DNA of 64,000 nt from positions 1 to 64,000 of IMG/VR virus record IMGVR_UViG_3300047496_000172; one strand, given 5' to 3'. The stretch comes from a virus. The notes under the pieces were generated by a model that saw only the letters and a program-made list of their open reading frames with translations, was not told the origin of the DNA and searched no databases. Positions 38,467-48,370 of the stretch are shown here, piece after piece; the stretch's first letter is position 1, and the number at the start of each line of letters is the position of its first letter. The position numbers and the translations under genes were made by a program.

Positions 38467-40599
38467 TTGATTATGAAAGAATTAATTCAATTATTCTCGA
38501 TGGTGAACGTGGATTTCCCATCTGAGGTTCCTCACGTCCAGCCGAAGAATGTTTCTGCTTTCACGTTGGAAGTGGCTTCACTGGGCTACACGATGGACTC
38601 CGTTCTTATCTCTGCAATTTCTGGTTTGAATGATCAGTCGTTCAACAAAGTTCGTAAGGAACTTTTGAATACGCTTATTGATATAACGGGCTCAAACGCC
38701 AAGACTTCTAATGTGTTGTTTAACAAATTTCCATATGAAATTCCGTATCATCATGCCTATCTTATGGATAGAATTTTCAGTTATTTTGATAATATTTTTG
38801 ATATCAAACCAAATGATTATACGACCCTTTCATGTGGACATTTCGTAGATAATTCCAGATTTGATCTGAATGATTTTGGGGCTTGCCCTATTTGTCAGCA
38901 TCAAGTGGAAGGATTGGAATCTGTTGAAAATATCCAACACGAGTTTTCCAATATCACGCCCCTCAAGGTTCTAACTCTTGCAAATAAGAGACGCGTCGTA
39001 TCGTCGCTGTTGGCAAGAAATAGTTCATTGTCAGCCGTTGAAAAATCATTTCTCAACAAGTCTAAGGATGTATCTGGAGTTAAGAGACCGGATAAAGTTT
39101 ATCGTGAAAATTTGCCGTTTGTTCATGTTTATTTTAATGATGCGGTTTATACCGCGTCCCTGCTATCTGGAGCCACGGATGTACTGCGTATAGCTACGTA
39201 TATGTCTGATGAAAATGCTGATCTATCTTTGAAGGATAACGTTAAATTTAAATTTTCGACTTCTAAGAAGAAGCAACTTCTTATCCTTCTGGAAGGTCTT
39301 TCTTCATTAGAAGAAGACATGATGCGTCATCGTGAAAAGTGGCTACGGATCGGCGAAAAGTTAAATCCTAATACCGCTGAAAATAAGAAACGGTTCCCTA
39401 AGGTTTCTGAAGCTTTCAACAATCTTCGTAATAACGAAAAAAACATAACGACCTTCAATAGAACCGTGGAAACGGCTATTCGATCACATCGTTATGATGA
39501 TAATTTTTTGGCTACGCTGCAATCTCGTCCTTCTGAATTCATTCGTAGACTGGATACGCTTTTGCGTTATGCTGCGATTAAGGATTCAACCTTGGTTCTT
39601 TCGGCGTTGTCAAAGACTATTAAGGATGTTCCCACGCGTCTCCTTTTTGATACACTAAAGTATTTCGAATATCGATCTAATAATTTTGGCGAAGATCGCA
39701 TGTTCTTCCCTAAGGGCGCCTCTAACAAAGTTAAGATCATTCCTGAAAATAGAAAATCTATTTCACCGGACATTTTGATTACTTTGTTTGATGTATTTGA
39801 AAACGAAATTATGTCGCGTTTCAAGCGTGATATTTCGTTGAATGCGACGATCAACAATGATCTGAAGAATATGCTTTTGCCTTTTAATCGTAGGGGAGAT
39901 TCCTCTACGAATACAGATGTTATGAAAGGTTCTCGGTATTCTGTAAATCCAGAAGCCAAAGTTGTTCGCATGTTCATCTATTGGAAGTATGACACGGATA
40001 TTGATTTGTCTATGCTATGTCTTAATGACAAATTTGTTTATGTGGATCAAGTCTCCTTCACTAATACGGCATCGTCAGGAATTGTTCATTCGGGCGATAT
40101 TCAGCGTGCAATTAATGGTGGTTCTGAGTATATTGATTTTGATATTGACAAGCTACTATCTCGTAATATCAGATATGCATTGATGTCAATCATTTCATAT
40201 CGAGGATTGATGTTTAAGGCCATTCCAGAATGTTTTGCTGGTTTTATGGAACGCGATAGTTTGCGCTCTGGTGCAAAATATGAACCGCAAAGCATTGCGT
40301 TAAAGTTCGACGTCAATTCTGAATCGACTACACATTCTCCAATTATCTTTGATTTGTTGACTAAAGAATTTATCTTTGCAGATATTTCTGGCGGGAGATC
40401 ATCACATGGGTCTATGTTTTCGGATCATGGGAAATTTGCCAAGTTGGTCAAAAACCTTTTGACGCTTCCTGATCGTAAGCCCACTGCGTATGATGTTATG
40501 AGGCTTTTCGCTAAGGCTAATCATGATGCGTCGGCAAAAAAAGCAGAGATTTCTTCTTCAAATATTACTATGGAAGAAGTGTTGAAAATCATAGAATGA
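38467..40599 (+). CDS. Prokaryotic RING-domain (MXAN_6230/SCO0854-like) protein with a C-terminal TerD-like domain
   Basis: CGH...CPIC, ATDVLR, RP.EF.RRLD.LLR, DIDLS, HSGDI and G.EYID. Confidence 0.7.
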   Translation: MIMKELIQLFSMVNVDFPSEVPHVQPKNVSAFTLEVASLGYTMDSVLISAISGLNDQSFNKVRKELLNTLIDITGSNAKTSNVLFNKFPYEIPYHHAYLMDRIFSYFDNIFDIKPNDYTTLSCGHFVDNSRFDLNDFGACPICQHQVEGLESVENIQHEFSNITPLKVLTLANKRRVVSSLLARNSSLSAVEKSFLNKSKDVSGVKRPDKVYRENLPFVHVYFNDAVYTASLLSGATDVLRIATYMSDENADLSLKDNVKFKFSTSKKKQLLILLEGLSSLEEDMMRHREKWLRIGEKLNPNTAENKKRFPKVSEAFNNLRNNEKNITTFNRTVETAIRSHRYDDNFLATLQSRPSEFIRRLDTLLRYAAIKDSTLVLSALSKTIKDVPTRLLFDTLKYFEYRSNNFGEDRMFFPKGASNKVKIIPENRKSISPDILITLFDVFENEIMSRFKRDISLNATINNDLKNMLLPFNRRGDSSTNTDVMKGSRYSVNPEAKVVRMFIYWKYDTDIDLSMLCLNDKFVYVDQVSFTNTASSGIVHSGDIQRAINGGSEYIDFDIDKLLSRNIRYALMSIISYRGLMFKAIPECFAGFMERDSLRSGAKYEPQSIALKFDVNSESTTHSPIIFDLLTKEFIFADISGGRSSHGSMFSDHGKFAKLVKNLLTLPDRKPTAYDVMRLFAKANHDASAKKAEISSSNITMEEVLKIIE

Positions 40600-40980
40600 T
40601 TAAGAAAATATAGAAATAATTTTTCTTTTTATGCTGGCGGTATCCCAACCATTAGCAAATGCTTTTTCTACATTTTCTAACGCGGTTGATAGTTCTAATT
40701 TTTGAGTTTTGAGATACCGACGAACATCAAAAGCATTCTGCGGTGGTATGCTCAACGCTAAAACCAAAAATATATACGAAACATTACTTGGATTTGGTAC
40801 TTCTACTTTATTAGCGATAATGCTGGCGACCGCTCTAATAACTCTATGAGGAAGAATGAACATTGTAGCGTCTTGATCGTAGCCTTCAATATTTCTAAGG
40901 TCATAATCGTTTGTAAGAGATGCTATCGATTTTAGCATCGATAATCGAATTGTATTTTCAAATATATCGGTGATAAACAT
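40600..40980 (-). CDS. Hypothetical late protein
   Basis: MFITDIFE start. Confidence 0.55.
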   Translation of the reverse strand: MFITDIFENTIRLSMLKSIASLTNDYDLRNIEGYDQDATMFILPHRVIRAVASIIANKVEVPNPSNVSYIFLVLALSIPPQNAFDVRRYLKTQKLELSTALENVEKAFANGWDTASIKRKIISIFS

Positions 40981-42176
40981 TATCGATTAAGCTCTGCTTT
41001 AACAATGGCTAAATATTTTTTTGGATTATCAAAGGAATTATTTCCAAATTTGTTCTGAATATACATACCTTTTTCAAAAAGCTTTCCGTATTTTCCTACC
41101 CAAGATAAAAGGGTTTTTTTGGCGTCATCAGACGGATAAAGCCAGTTTAATGACATATAATTAGCCCAAGTTGATACCTGAATCCATCCATTATCAACGG
41201 CGGCTTCTAGTGCCATATTTTTTACTTCCCATCCATCATCCTCATGTTCTTCGCCATCGTCTAAATCAAAATGTTTCAATGCTATATCGGCATGATGTAA
41301 ATTTTGTTCATGATCGCACTCTAATATTTCTCCATTTTCTGTAATCCAAAATCCTCCTTTGGTATCGTTCAATCCTTCTGTGAGACCTTCAGACATCAAT
41401 TGACCGGTATCCATAATATTTGGATATTTTTCTTTCAACCATTCCCAAAGTTTGTAGAGACGTTTGTCGAAACGTTTTTTGGTTTCGGCTGTCATATGGT
41501 TCCGAAAATCTTCTCTGAAATCTATTAGAAAGTTTTTCTTGAAATCCTCGAACGTTCTTAACTTTCGTTTAGCCCCAATGCTTTTATCTATTATCAATTC
41601 TTTCATTACCGAATGCATTCCTTGTTGAAAAAATGCATTGAATTCTTTTGGACTGTTAAAATATTCTGTATTATTTTTTAGTTTTGGGCTTGAAAAGCCA
41701 TACGGAGCATTGCGATCAGATGTTTTTTGTCGTTTAGCATCAAAATAATGAATAAGCTCATGAACAATAGACGATCTATGACTGTCCGAAGTTTTCCATA
41801 TTAATTCTGTCTCATCGGCGATATCTTCCAATTTTATAGATGGTTTTGGCACAAATACTACTGTATATTCTATTCCATCGGTGTAGATCGCGGTAGTTAT
41901 ATATGCTTTGATGTTTCGAGAAGAATCATAAGACGGTCCTAAACCGATAAACAAATCCTTGTATTCTTGTGGTAACCCCAACTCTAATGCGCTAACAGCA
42001 TACACTTTGAAGTCATGATTTTTAGCATGTAGTGTTTTTCTACCCATTATCATTTTTATGGGTTTCTCTTCATTATTATCATGCATCCATTTGAAAAATT
42101 TGTAACATATCATCTCTGCTTTACGCAAAGATAAAATATCACTTTCGGCACTTTCAAAAATGTCATAGAGATTCAT
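40980..42176 (-). CDS. Two-domain late protein with an HExxH zincin motif
   Basis: IVHELIHYFD ... YFNSP.E..A; linker LMSEGLTEG; TAAATA upstream. Confidence 0.65.
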   Translation of the reverse strand: MNLYDIFESAESDILSLRKAEMICYKFFKWMHDNNEEKPIKMIMGRKTLHAKNHDFKVYAVSALELGLPQEYKDLFIGLGPSYDSSRNIKAYITTAIYTDGIEYTVVFVPKPSIKLEDIADETELIWKTSDSHRSSIVHELIHYFDAKRQKTSDRNAPYGFSSPKLKNNTEYFNSPKEFNAFFQQGMHSVMKELIIDKSIGAKRKLRTFEDFKKNFLIDFREDFRNHMTAETKKRFDKRLYKLWEWLKEKYPNIMDTGQLMSEGLTEGLNDTKGGFWITENGEILECDHEQNLHHADIALKHFDLDDGEEHEDDGWEVKNMALEAAVDNGWIQVSTWANYMSLNWLYPSDDAKKTLLSWVGKYGKLFEKGMYIQNKFGNNSFDNPKKYLAIVKAELNR

Positions 42177-42243
42177 CGGTTATTTATTCGATTGACAACA
42201 AATGAAAAACTGATATGATGAAATCTTCCGGTAGAAAGGCTTT

Positions 42244-44214
42244 ATGATGATTAATACTATTCAACTTGCTCGTATGATGATTTCTGGTGATATGGAGCCA
42301 GATGAAAATATTATTGTTGGCGTTCTTTCTGACGCATCAAGCCTTTATCATAATGGTGAACAAAGTTTCTTTAGCGACGCGGAATATGATGTTCTCGAAC
42401 GGTTTCTGAAAACCATTAATCCCAATAATCCATTTTTGGCTCAAACGGGTTCGGACGTTCGTGGAGGAAAGGTTAAGCTTCCCCATGTAATGGCAGGTCT
42501 GGATCAAGTGCATGAAGGCGACACCGAGAAGTGGATTATCGCTAATGGTTGGCAAAATCAAGAATTCGTCGTGTCCGATAAGGAAGATGGCACTTCCGGT
42601 CTTCTGATTTATGGTAAGGGTCCGAGGGCGGCTCCTTTTACGGCTGCTTATTCTCGCGGTAATGGAACTGAAGGCGCCGACATTTCACGCCACGTTCGAC
42701 GCATGGGAAATGTTCCCCGGACTATGCCTTACCCTTGTGTCGTTCGAGTTGAATTCATTCTTCAAGAAACAATCTTCATTGAGTTGATGAAAACCGCCGA
42801 AAAACATTATGAAAACTCTCGCGGTTATCTTGCTGGACGAATGAACAAAGAAGATGCTGGCCAAGATTTCTATGATGTCGTTGATGTTGTTGCTACCTCT
42901 CTGGTAGAACCGGGATTGAACAAAATTGACCAGCTACATTTTTTAGAGGATAATGGGTTTCAAATTACGCCGTTTATTACGGCGAAAGGCTATGAACTAA
43001 CTGAAAAAATGCTTAGCGATTATCTGAAAGTGCGCCGAACAGCATCTATTTCTCGCGGAGATACAGTATATCTAAATCACGAAGGTCATGCTATTGATGG
43101 CATAGTTATTACGCTAAATGACTATGCACTTGGCCAAAGTCTAACTCGTAAGAGTAGTTCTCTATGCCCCATGTATGCTAAGAAATACAAGGAAGGTGCG
43201 GAAGAAAATCAAGCGATCACTACCGTTGTAAAGGTTCACTGGAAAGCTTCCAAAACAAGCTATCTTAAGCCTCGGGTTGAAGTTGTTCCAGTTCGGGTAG
43301 GTGGCGTAACGATTACTTTTGCTACCGGATTTAACGCAAAGTATATCATTGATAATGGAATTGGTCCTGGAGCCAAAATTCGTCTGGTTCGCAGCGGTGA
43401 CGTTATCCCGTTCATTACTGATGTTCTTGAAAGTGTCGAACCGTCCCTTCCGGACGAATCAGAATATGGAGAAACGGCTTGGAATGAAACAAACGTCGAT
43501 CTCTATGTTGTGAATTCGGAAAACAATGAAGAAATCATTATCAATAGATTGATTAGTGTCTTCACCTCTCTTGATGCACCGAACCTTAAGGAAGGTAGTA
43601 TCAAGGCTTTGTATGAAGCTGGCTATACAACGGCGGCTTCGATTATCAAGGCCACGGAACGCCAACTGGTATCGGTTATCGGCCAAAATGGCAGCAAGAT
43701 TTATGAAGGGCTGAAGGCCAAGCTGAATCCAATCCATTTGGGTAAGCTGGCTGGCGCCTCGCAGATTTTTGGTCGTGGTATTGGCCGAAGGACCATGATC
43801 AAACTGGTCGATACGGTTGCTTTAGAAACAACCGATGATTGGCTAAATCTAGTTCCTTCTACTATTGTATGTATTGAAGGTTTTGAAGATATAACCGCAC
43901 AAAAAATCTACGATAAAATTCCAGCTTTTATAGATTTTCTAAAAGAAATCGACGGATATTACACCTTGGAAACGTCAAAGACAGCTTCAAGTGCTGATCT
44001 AGCCGGGCATGTCGTGGTTTTCACTGGCGTTCGTGATGCGGCTCTTGAAGCTATTATCATTGACAAGGGTGGCACAATTGGGAGTAGTGTCAGTAAGAAG
44101 ACTACCCATTTGGTTTGCCTGGACCCTGCCAGCAATTCAGGCAAGATTCAGAAGGCAAAGGATTTTGGCATCAATGTATTGACATTAGAAACAGCCCGAA
44201 CACAGTGGGGATAA
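42244..44214 (+). CDS. ligA: NAD-dependent DNA ligase
   Basis: D.EYD, KEDG, SRGNG.EG.DI, IDGIV, RSGDVIP, HhH repeats and BRCT (VFTG...VSKKT). Confidence 0.95.
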   Translation: MMINTIQLARMMISGDMEPDENIIVGVLSDASSLYHNGEQSFFSDAEYDVLERFLKTINPNNPFLAQTGSDVRGGKVKLPHVMAGLDQVHEGDTEKWIIANGWQNQEFVVSDKEDGTSGLLIYGKGPRAAPFTAAYSRGNGTEGADISRHVRRMGNVPRTMPYPCVVRVEFILQETIFIELMKTAEKHYENSRGYLAGRMNKEDAGQDFYDVVDVVATSLVEPGLNKIDQLHFLEDNGFQITPFITAKGYELTEKMLSDYLKVRRTASISRGDTVYLNHEGHAIDGIVITLNDYALGQSLTRKSSSLCPMYAKKYKEGAEENQAITTVVKVHWKASKTSYLKPRVEVVPVRVGGVTITFATGFNAKYIIDNGIGPGAKIRLVRSGDVIPFITDVLESVEPSLPDESEYGETAWNETNVDLYVVNSENNEEIIINRLISVFTSLDAPNLKEGSIKALYEAGYTTAASIIKATERQLVSVIGQNGSKIYEGLKAKLNPIHLGKLAGASQIFGRGIGRRTMIKLVDTVALETTDDWLNLVPSTIVCIEGFEDITAQKIYDKIPAFIDFLKEIDGYYTLETSKTASSADLAGHVVVFTGVRDAALEAIIIDKGGTIGSSVSKKTTHLVCLDPASNSGKIQKAKDFGINVLTLETARTQWG

Positions 44215-44215
44215 T

Positions 44216-44479
44216 TCATCCCCACCATAATTTGAATAAAGTCGCGCTATTTTTGTCGGTGAAATACATTTTTGGTGCAAGTTTTTCAATTTTTGCATCC
44301 CAATAAGATATAAATGTGCATAGCCATTCTTCATTTAATAAATTGTTTTCGCACCATTCTATAGCATCTAGAACATAATCTTGGTATGTAACGGAATATA
44401 TAAACTGCGCTGGAATATCAGCTTCTATGAACTCAGTTGATTCAAAGTCTTTATATCCAGGTATGTCATAATATCGCAT
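44216..44479 (-). CDS. FKLWW-family small protein
   Basis: WCENNL...W ... FTDKNSATLFKLWWG. Confidence 0.8.
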   Translation of the reverse strand: MRYYDIPGYKDFESTEFIEADIPAQFIYSVTYQDYVLDAIEWCENNLLNEEWLCTFISYWDAKIEKLAPKMYFTDKNSATLFKLWWG

Positions 44480-44480
44480 A

Positions 44481-44699
44481 TTATCTCCAAAACATTTTGA
44501 ATAAAGTCGCCGATTTTTTATTCGTAAAATTCATAATAAGTAAATTTAATTCGGGCCAATCATAATTTTGTTCCGTATAATAACCCCATTCATCGTTGTT
44601 TAAATTATCAACACACCATTCGTATGCTCTAATGTAATCAGTTGCATTGAATTTGACTTCTATTGGATGTGTCGGCGGCGGCGGCGTGTCGTAGTTCAT
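44481..44699 (-). CDS. FKMFW-family small protein
   Basis: WCVDNL...W ... FTNKKSATLFKMFWR. Confidence 0.8.
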   Translation of the reverse strand: MNYDTPPPPTHPIEVKFNATDYIRAYEWCVDNLNNDEWGYYTEQNYDWPELNLLIMNFTNKKSATLFKMFWR

Positions 44700-44989
44700 A
44701 CGATGTTATCCTTCTAGCGGCTTCTCTTAAAATATGTTCGCGAGGATGACAACCTTCTTTTGCACAGGCGTTAGCATGCTGGACGACCATATCTAAAAAA
44801 TCTTTTGTAGATAAACTGCTCATAAATTCGTTCATTATATTTTCCTTAGATATATGAAATTATTAGATAAAATGGAAAAAATAGTCAATATTTATCACCA
44901 TAACAAAGAGGTTAAATCATCTTGACAATATTGAAATTTTGATATAAATATACTTTTCAGTTTTGAAACGGTGTTAAAAAGGATTTATC

Positions 44990-45640
44990 ATGAAGTTTGG
45001 TTTTCTCGCGGGCATTCTTGCTCTTACAATCGCAAGCTCTGCCAGAGCGGTAGTTATTACGGATGTTGAATTTGCTGGTCCAGGACCGATTTACATCATT
45101 TCGGATAACGTTCCCGGTTATGGTGCTGATACTTTTTATGATGATGCCTTGGTTTTGACGGCATTGGATGGCACCAAGTATTATGTGAACTGTGATGATT
45201 TGGTTCACAACATTACTATTGGTTCAGGTCAACATATTGACTACACTGTTGGAAAGGTCGATTCCAACTTTCGTGGCGGTGTTTACACGGTTGCTCAAAT
45301 TGGCGAAATGGCATACCTGGACAAGGTACTGAACCAAATCATCATTAAGGGTGGTCCAAACGAAGCGGTTGATTTGGCTGCTGAACAGGCTGCAAGTTGG
45401 ATTGTAAGTAATCCGGATGTAACATTTTCTGTCGATCCGGTGATTCAATCTCGCACGGATTATTATATTAAGTCCGCAGAAGGCAAGACTGGCACAATTG
45501 CCCAATTTACTGATCTTGGTAACGGTGCGCAGGGACAAACGCTAGGCGCCGTTCCTGAAATTTCAACTTGGGTTATGATACTGGTTGGCTTTGGGGGTGT
45601 TGGTGTAGCCCTTCGCAAGCGTCGGGCGACTCTGATTTAA
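44990..45640 (+). CDS. PEPxxWA-CTERM-type exosortase-sorted surface protein
   Basis: Signal peptide and C-terminal VPEISTWVMILVGFGGVGVALRKRR. Confidence 0.9.
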   Translation: MKFGFLAGILALTIASSARAVVITDVEFAGPGPIYIISDNVPGYGADTFYDDALVLTALDGTKYYVNCDDLVHNITIGSGQHIDYTVGKVDSNFRGGVYTVAQIGEMAYLDKVLNQIIIKGGPNEAVDLAAEQAASWIVSNPDVTFSVDPVIQSRTDYYIKSAEGKTGTIAQFTDLGNGAQGQTLGAVPEISTWVMILVGFGGVGVALRKRRATLI

Positions 45641-45675
45641 ATCAGAGTCTCCGATTGCGGAAATAAAGAGGTTCG

Positions 45676-46236
45676 TCATCTATGATGATCTTGAGAAACA
45701 AAATCAGGCAAAGTTTTCATTTTTTCTCTAATTTCCCGTAAGGTTATAGGAGAATAATTCCAGCAATCTACGCCAACATCAATCTGTTGTTTGTTTTGGG
45801 AAGCCCCACCATGTGAATGTCCAAATAATTGAACGGCACCTTTGTGGCATTTATTAAATATAGCAAATTTAAAATGGCACAAGACAATTTTTTGATTTTG
45901 GTCGATAATCTCCAAATAAGGTTGAACCGATGCCCAGCGATAAGATTCGATTGTCGTTGGACCATCGTGATTTCCGGTAATCAAATGTAATTCTTTTCCT
46001 TGAAGACGAGAAAGAATGGCGTTTGGATTTGCTTTGTGTCTCCCCAACAAAACATCTCCAAGGACATAAACGCGATCATCATCACTGACAACATTATTCC
46101 AATTTTTGATTAATGCTTCGTCATGTTCTTCAATGGTCTGGAAGGGCCTGTTGCAAAATTTTAAAATATTTCGCTCTGAACTTGTGTAATGTCCGTAATG
46201 AGGATCGCTTGTATAAAATGTTTTCATCATATCCAT
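45676..46236 (-). CDS. Calcineurin-like metallophosphoesterase
   Basis: SDPH, LGDV, GNHD, LCH, GHSH and DVGVD. Confidence 0.92.
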   Translation of the reverse strand: MDMMKTFYTSDPHYGHYTSSERNILKFCNRPFQTIEEHDEALIKNWNNVVSDDDRVYVLGDVLLGRHKANPNAILSRLQGKELHLITGNHDGPTTIESYRWASVQPYLEIIDQNQKIVLCHFKFAIFNKCHKGAVQLFGHSHGGASQNKQQIDVGVDCWNYSPITLREIREKMKTLPDFVSQDHHR

Positions 46237-46299
46237 TTACACAAAATTATTTTTCTTGTCAACTATTGATTATTTAAAAAATTATGATATTGTACAGAA

Positions 46300-46620
46300 A
46301 TGTATTACCGAGAACCCATATTTCCGCAAACGGTAAAACCAGTATATCTGGTTAAAAATATATTTAGACCTATTGGTGGTGTTGATCTCAATAAAAAACA
46401 ACCTAATCATGTAAGTCGTTCTAAAATAAGCCGTCGTCATAAATTTCCAGAGTTGGTTATCCTTGAAAGTAGAGCGACGCTTGATCCACCTATCAATAAA
46501 AATAGAGCGTCTTGTCGCTATTACTCGGTCAAAGGTAGTGGACGAGACTGGGACTACGATGAACTTATCCATTCAAAAGAATACGCTTATGCTTGGCTGA
46601 ATTATTATAGGTCTTGGTAA
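46300..46620 (+). CDS. Hypothetical protein, paralog of 46788
   Basis: Shared IFPQ...PVY and LD.PIN.NRA..RYYSVKG.G.DW.YD.LI. Confidence 0.7.
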   Translation: MYYREPIFPQTVKPVYLVKNIFRPIGGVDLNKKQPNHVSRSKISRRHKFPELVILESRATLDPPINKNRASCRYYSVKGSGRDWDYDELIHSKEYAYAWLNYYRSW

Positions 46621-46787
46621 CGTGATCGATTTAATTTTTTATTTGCTTCTATATCTGCTTTATTTCATTAGCCTTCGATTGGCTAAACTGCGAAATAGTG
46701 CCACATGCAAAATAATCACGGAAGCTATTTTATTTATAGGCTTAATTACTTTTCTTTTCACGCCAATGAAAATTTAAGAGAGATAAA

Positions 46788-47117
46788 ATGCGTAAAAGAT
46801 ATCATAAAAGACGGAGATATCAAATTTTCCCGCAGAGGATTAGCCCTGTATATATAATTAAGTTTGGAAAATATGGTAGATACATACCGCATATCGAAAA
46901 ATCTTACGCAAAATTGGATGAACCGATCAATGGTAATCGCGCCAATTACAGATACTATTCTGTAAAAGGGGATGGCGGCGATTGGGCTTATGACGATTTG
47001 ATTCTAACAAAATCCCAATCCATATTAGCGTTGGCCCATTACCGGTTGCATAATATTCATGCTAGGTTTATAGATTACGAGAAGAACAGCTTGAAAATTG
47101 GAGATCATTCAGCATAG
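46788..47117 (+). CDS. Hypothetical protein, paralog of 46300
   Basis: Same motifs as 46300..46620. Confidence 0.7.
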   Translation: MRKRYHKRRRYQIFPQRISPVYIIKFGKYGRYIPHIEKSYAKLDEPINGNRANYRYYSVKGDGGDWAYDDLILTKSQSILALAHYRLHNIHARFIDYEKNSLKIGDHSA

Positions 47118-47710
47118 TTTTCCCAGCTATCAGCATATATTCCTTTAAGTTTTTCCAAATATGCGCGCGTTTTTATTTTAACCATAAAGTCTTCGCCCTT
47201 GCAAACGACGCCTTCTTCAACCGGATATTTTCCAGCCCGAACATCTTCTATGAATTCGGAAGTTAGCTCGCCTTCATAAATTATTTCCGGACACCACTTA
47301 AAATCGCAGAATATATTCATAAATTTTTTAACAGGGATGAAACCTTTCTTGAACACGAATATGTCCAATAGTTTCAACTGTTTTTCTTCTCCGTCAATAT
47401 GAGAGCCAGCAAAACTACCTTCTCCAAAGAATTCGGTGAATGCCGTTATACGCTGGCACTTCTTATCCATAGATAAAATCATATCTTTAATGGTTTCTGC
47501 TGGACCATTGAGAAATAATGGAATGGCTTCATTGTAAATCAGCGTCGTATGATCAAAAAGTTGATGCCGCGTGCCAAACTTATGCCAACCTTTTTTAGGA
47601 GACCACTCCCAGCGAAGTGAACTCCCATCATATTTATATTGAGCAATAATCGGTTTTCCTAAATACTGAAAAGCTATTTTAGAACCCGGTATAGATGGAT
47701 ATTGTTGCAT
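47105..47710 (-). CDS. RNA ligase-like nucleotidyltransferase (Rnl2-like)
   Basis: YPSI, KYDGS, E.FG, EGVVCK and KIK; adjacent to a tRNA. Confidence 0.8.
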   Translation of the reverse strand: MQQYPSIPGSKIAFQYLGKPIIAQYKYDGSSLRWEWSPKKGWHKFGTRHQLFDHTTLIYNEAIPLFLNGPAETIKDMILSMDKKCQRITAFTEFFGEGSFAGSHIDGEEKQLKLLDIFVFKKGFIPVKKFMNIFCDFKWCPEIIYEGELTSEFIEDVRAGKYPVEEGVVCKGEDFMVKIKTRAYLEKLKGIYADSWENYAE

Positions 47711-47899
47711 AACCGCCTCAAACTTTAGATAAATACTATTAACAAACTAATTGAAAAATATAATCTGTAATCATTGACACGAACAAATGCCTATCTAAAT
47801 AGATTAATAAGTCTATATAAGGGAAAGATTATGACAAAATATAGATGCGATATTTGAAAAACAAATAGGTGATGAAGTTTGTAATCGTTTAGATTAATT

Positions 47900-47973
47900 T
47901 GGTGCCGATAGTAAGAATCGAACTTACATCTCCATATTACGAGTATGGCCGTCTACCACTGACATATACCGGC
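47900..47973 (-). tRNA. tRNA-Thr(CGU)
   Basis: GCCGGTA/TATCGGC acceptor, CCATA-CT CGT AA-TATGG, GTTCGATTC, CCA. Confidence 0.93.
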
Positions 47974-47997
47974 TTCTTGTTCGCCTAGCTCAAACCG

Positions 47998-48042
47998 TCA
48001 GGCGATGCTGGTCGTTCGCGTCAATGTTAGGACGTTGATCAT
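47998..48042 (-). CDS. Putative leaderless Thr-rich leader peptide upstream of tRNA-Thr
   Basis: MINVLTLTRTTSIA* with codons ACA, ACG, ACG, ACC; TAAATA 6 nt before the ATG; the stop overlaps the TCGCCT/AGGCGA hairpin. Confidence 0.65.
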   Translation of the reverse strand: MINVLTLTRTTSIA

Positions 48043-48051
48043 AAAAACTAT

Positions 48052-48294
48052 TTAGCTGACTTTTTTCTTATTGCCAAACCATTTTAGACGAATATACCAA
48101 AAATAATAAAATAGAGTGGCGATAGGTCGAGTGAAAGGTCTTCCATAGAAAGTCCATTCTGGTGTTTTCATGTAGGCATCCATTCGAAGTTTTCCTTCTT
48201 CAATAGGAATGATTTTACCCAGACCTTCTCCTTGTAGAATAGTTATCTTCTTACCATTTTCGTAACGAATTATTTCCTTAACCATAGTTGACAT
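48052..48294 (-). CDS. Hypothetical protein
   Basis: ATG ORF upstream of the Thr leader. Confidence 0.5.
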   Translation of the reverse strand: MSTMVKEIIRYENGKKITILQGEGLGKIIPIEEGKLRMDAYMKTPEWTFYGRPFTRPIATLFYYFWYIRLKWFGNKKKVS

Positions 48295-48370
48295 TCCGCA
48301 ATTTTGTGTTAATGTTAGTTTACCATAGCAAAAAAGGTTTTACAATGCCATTTCGACGGAGAGAAATATA

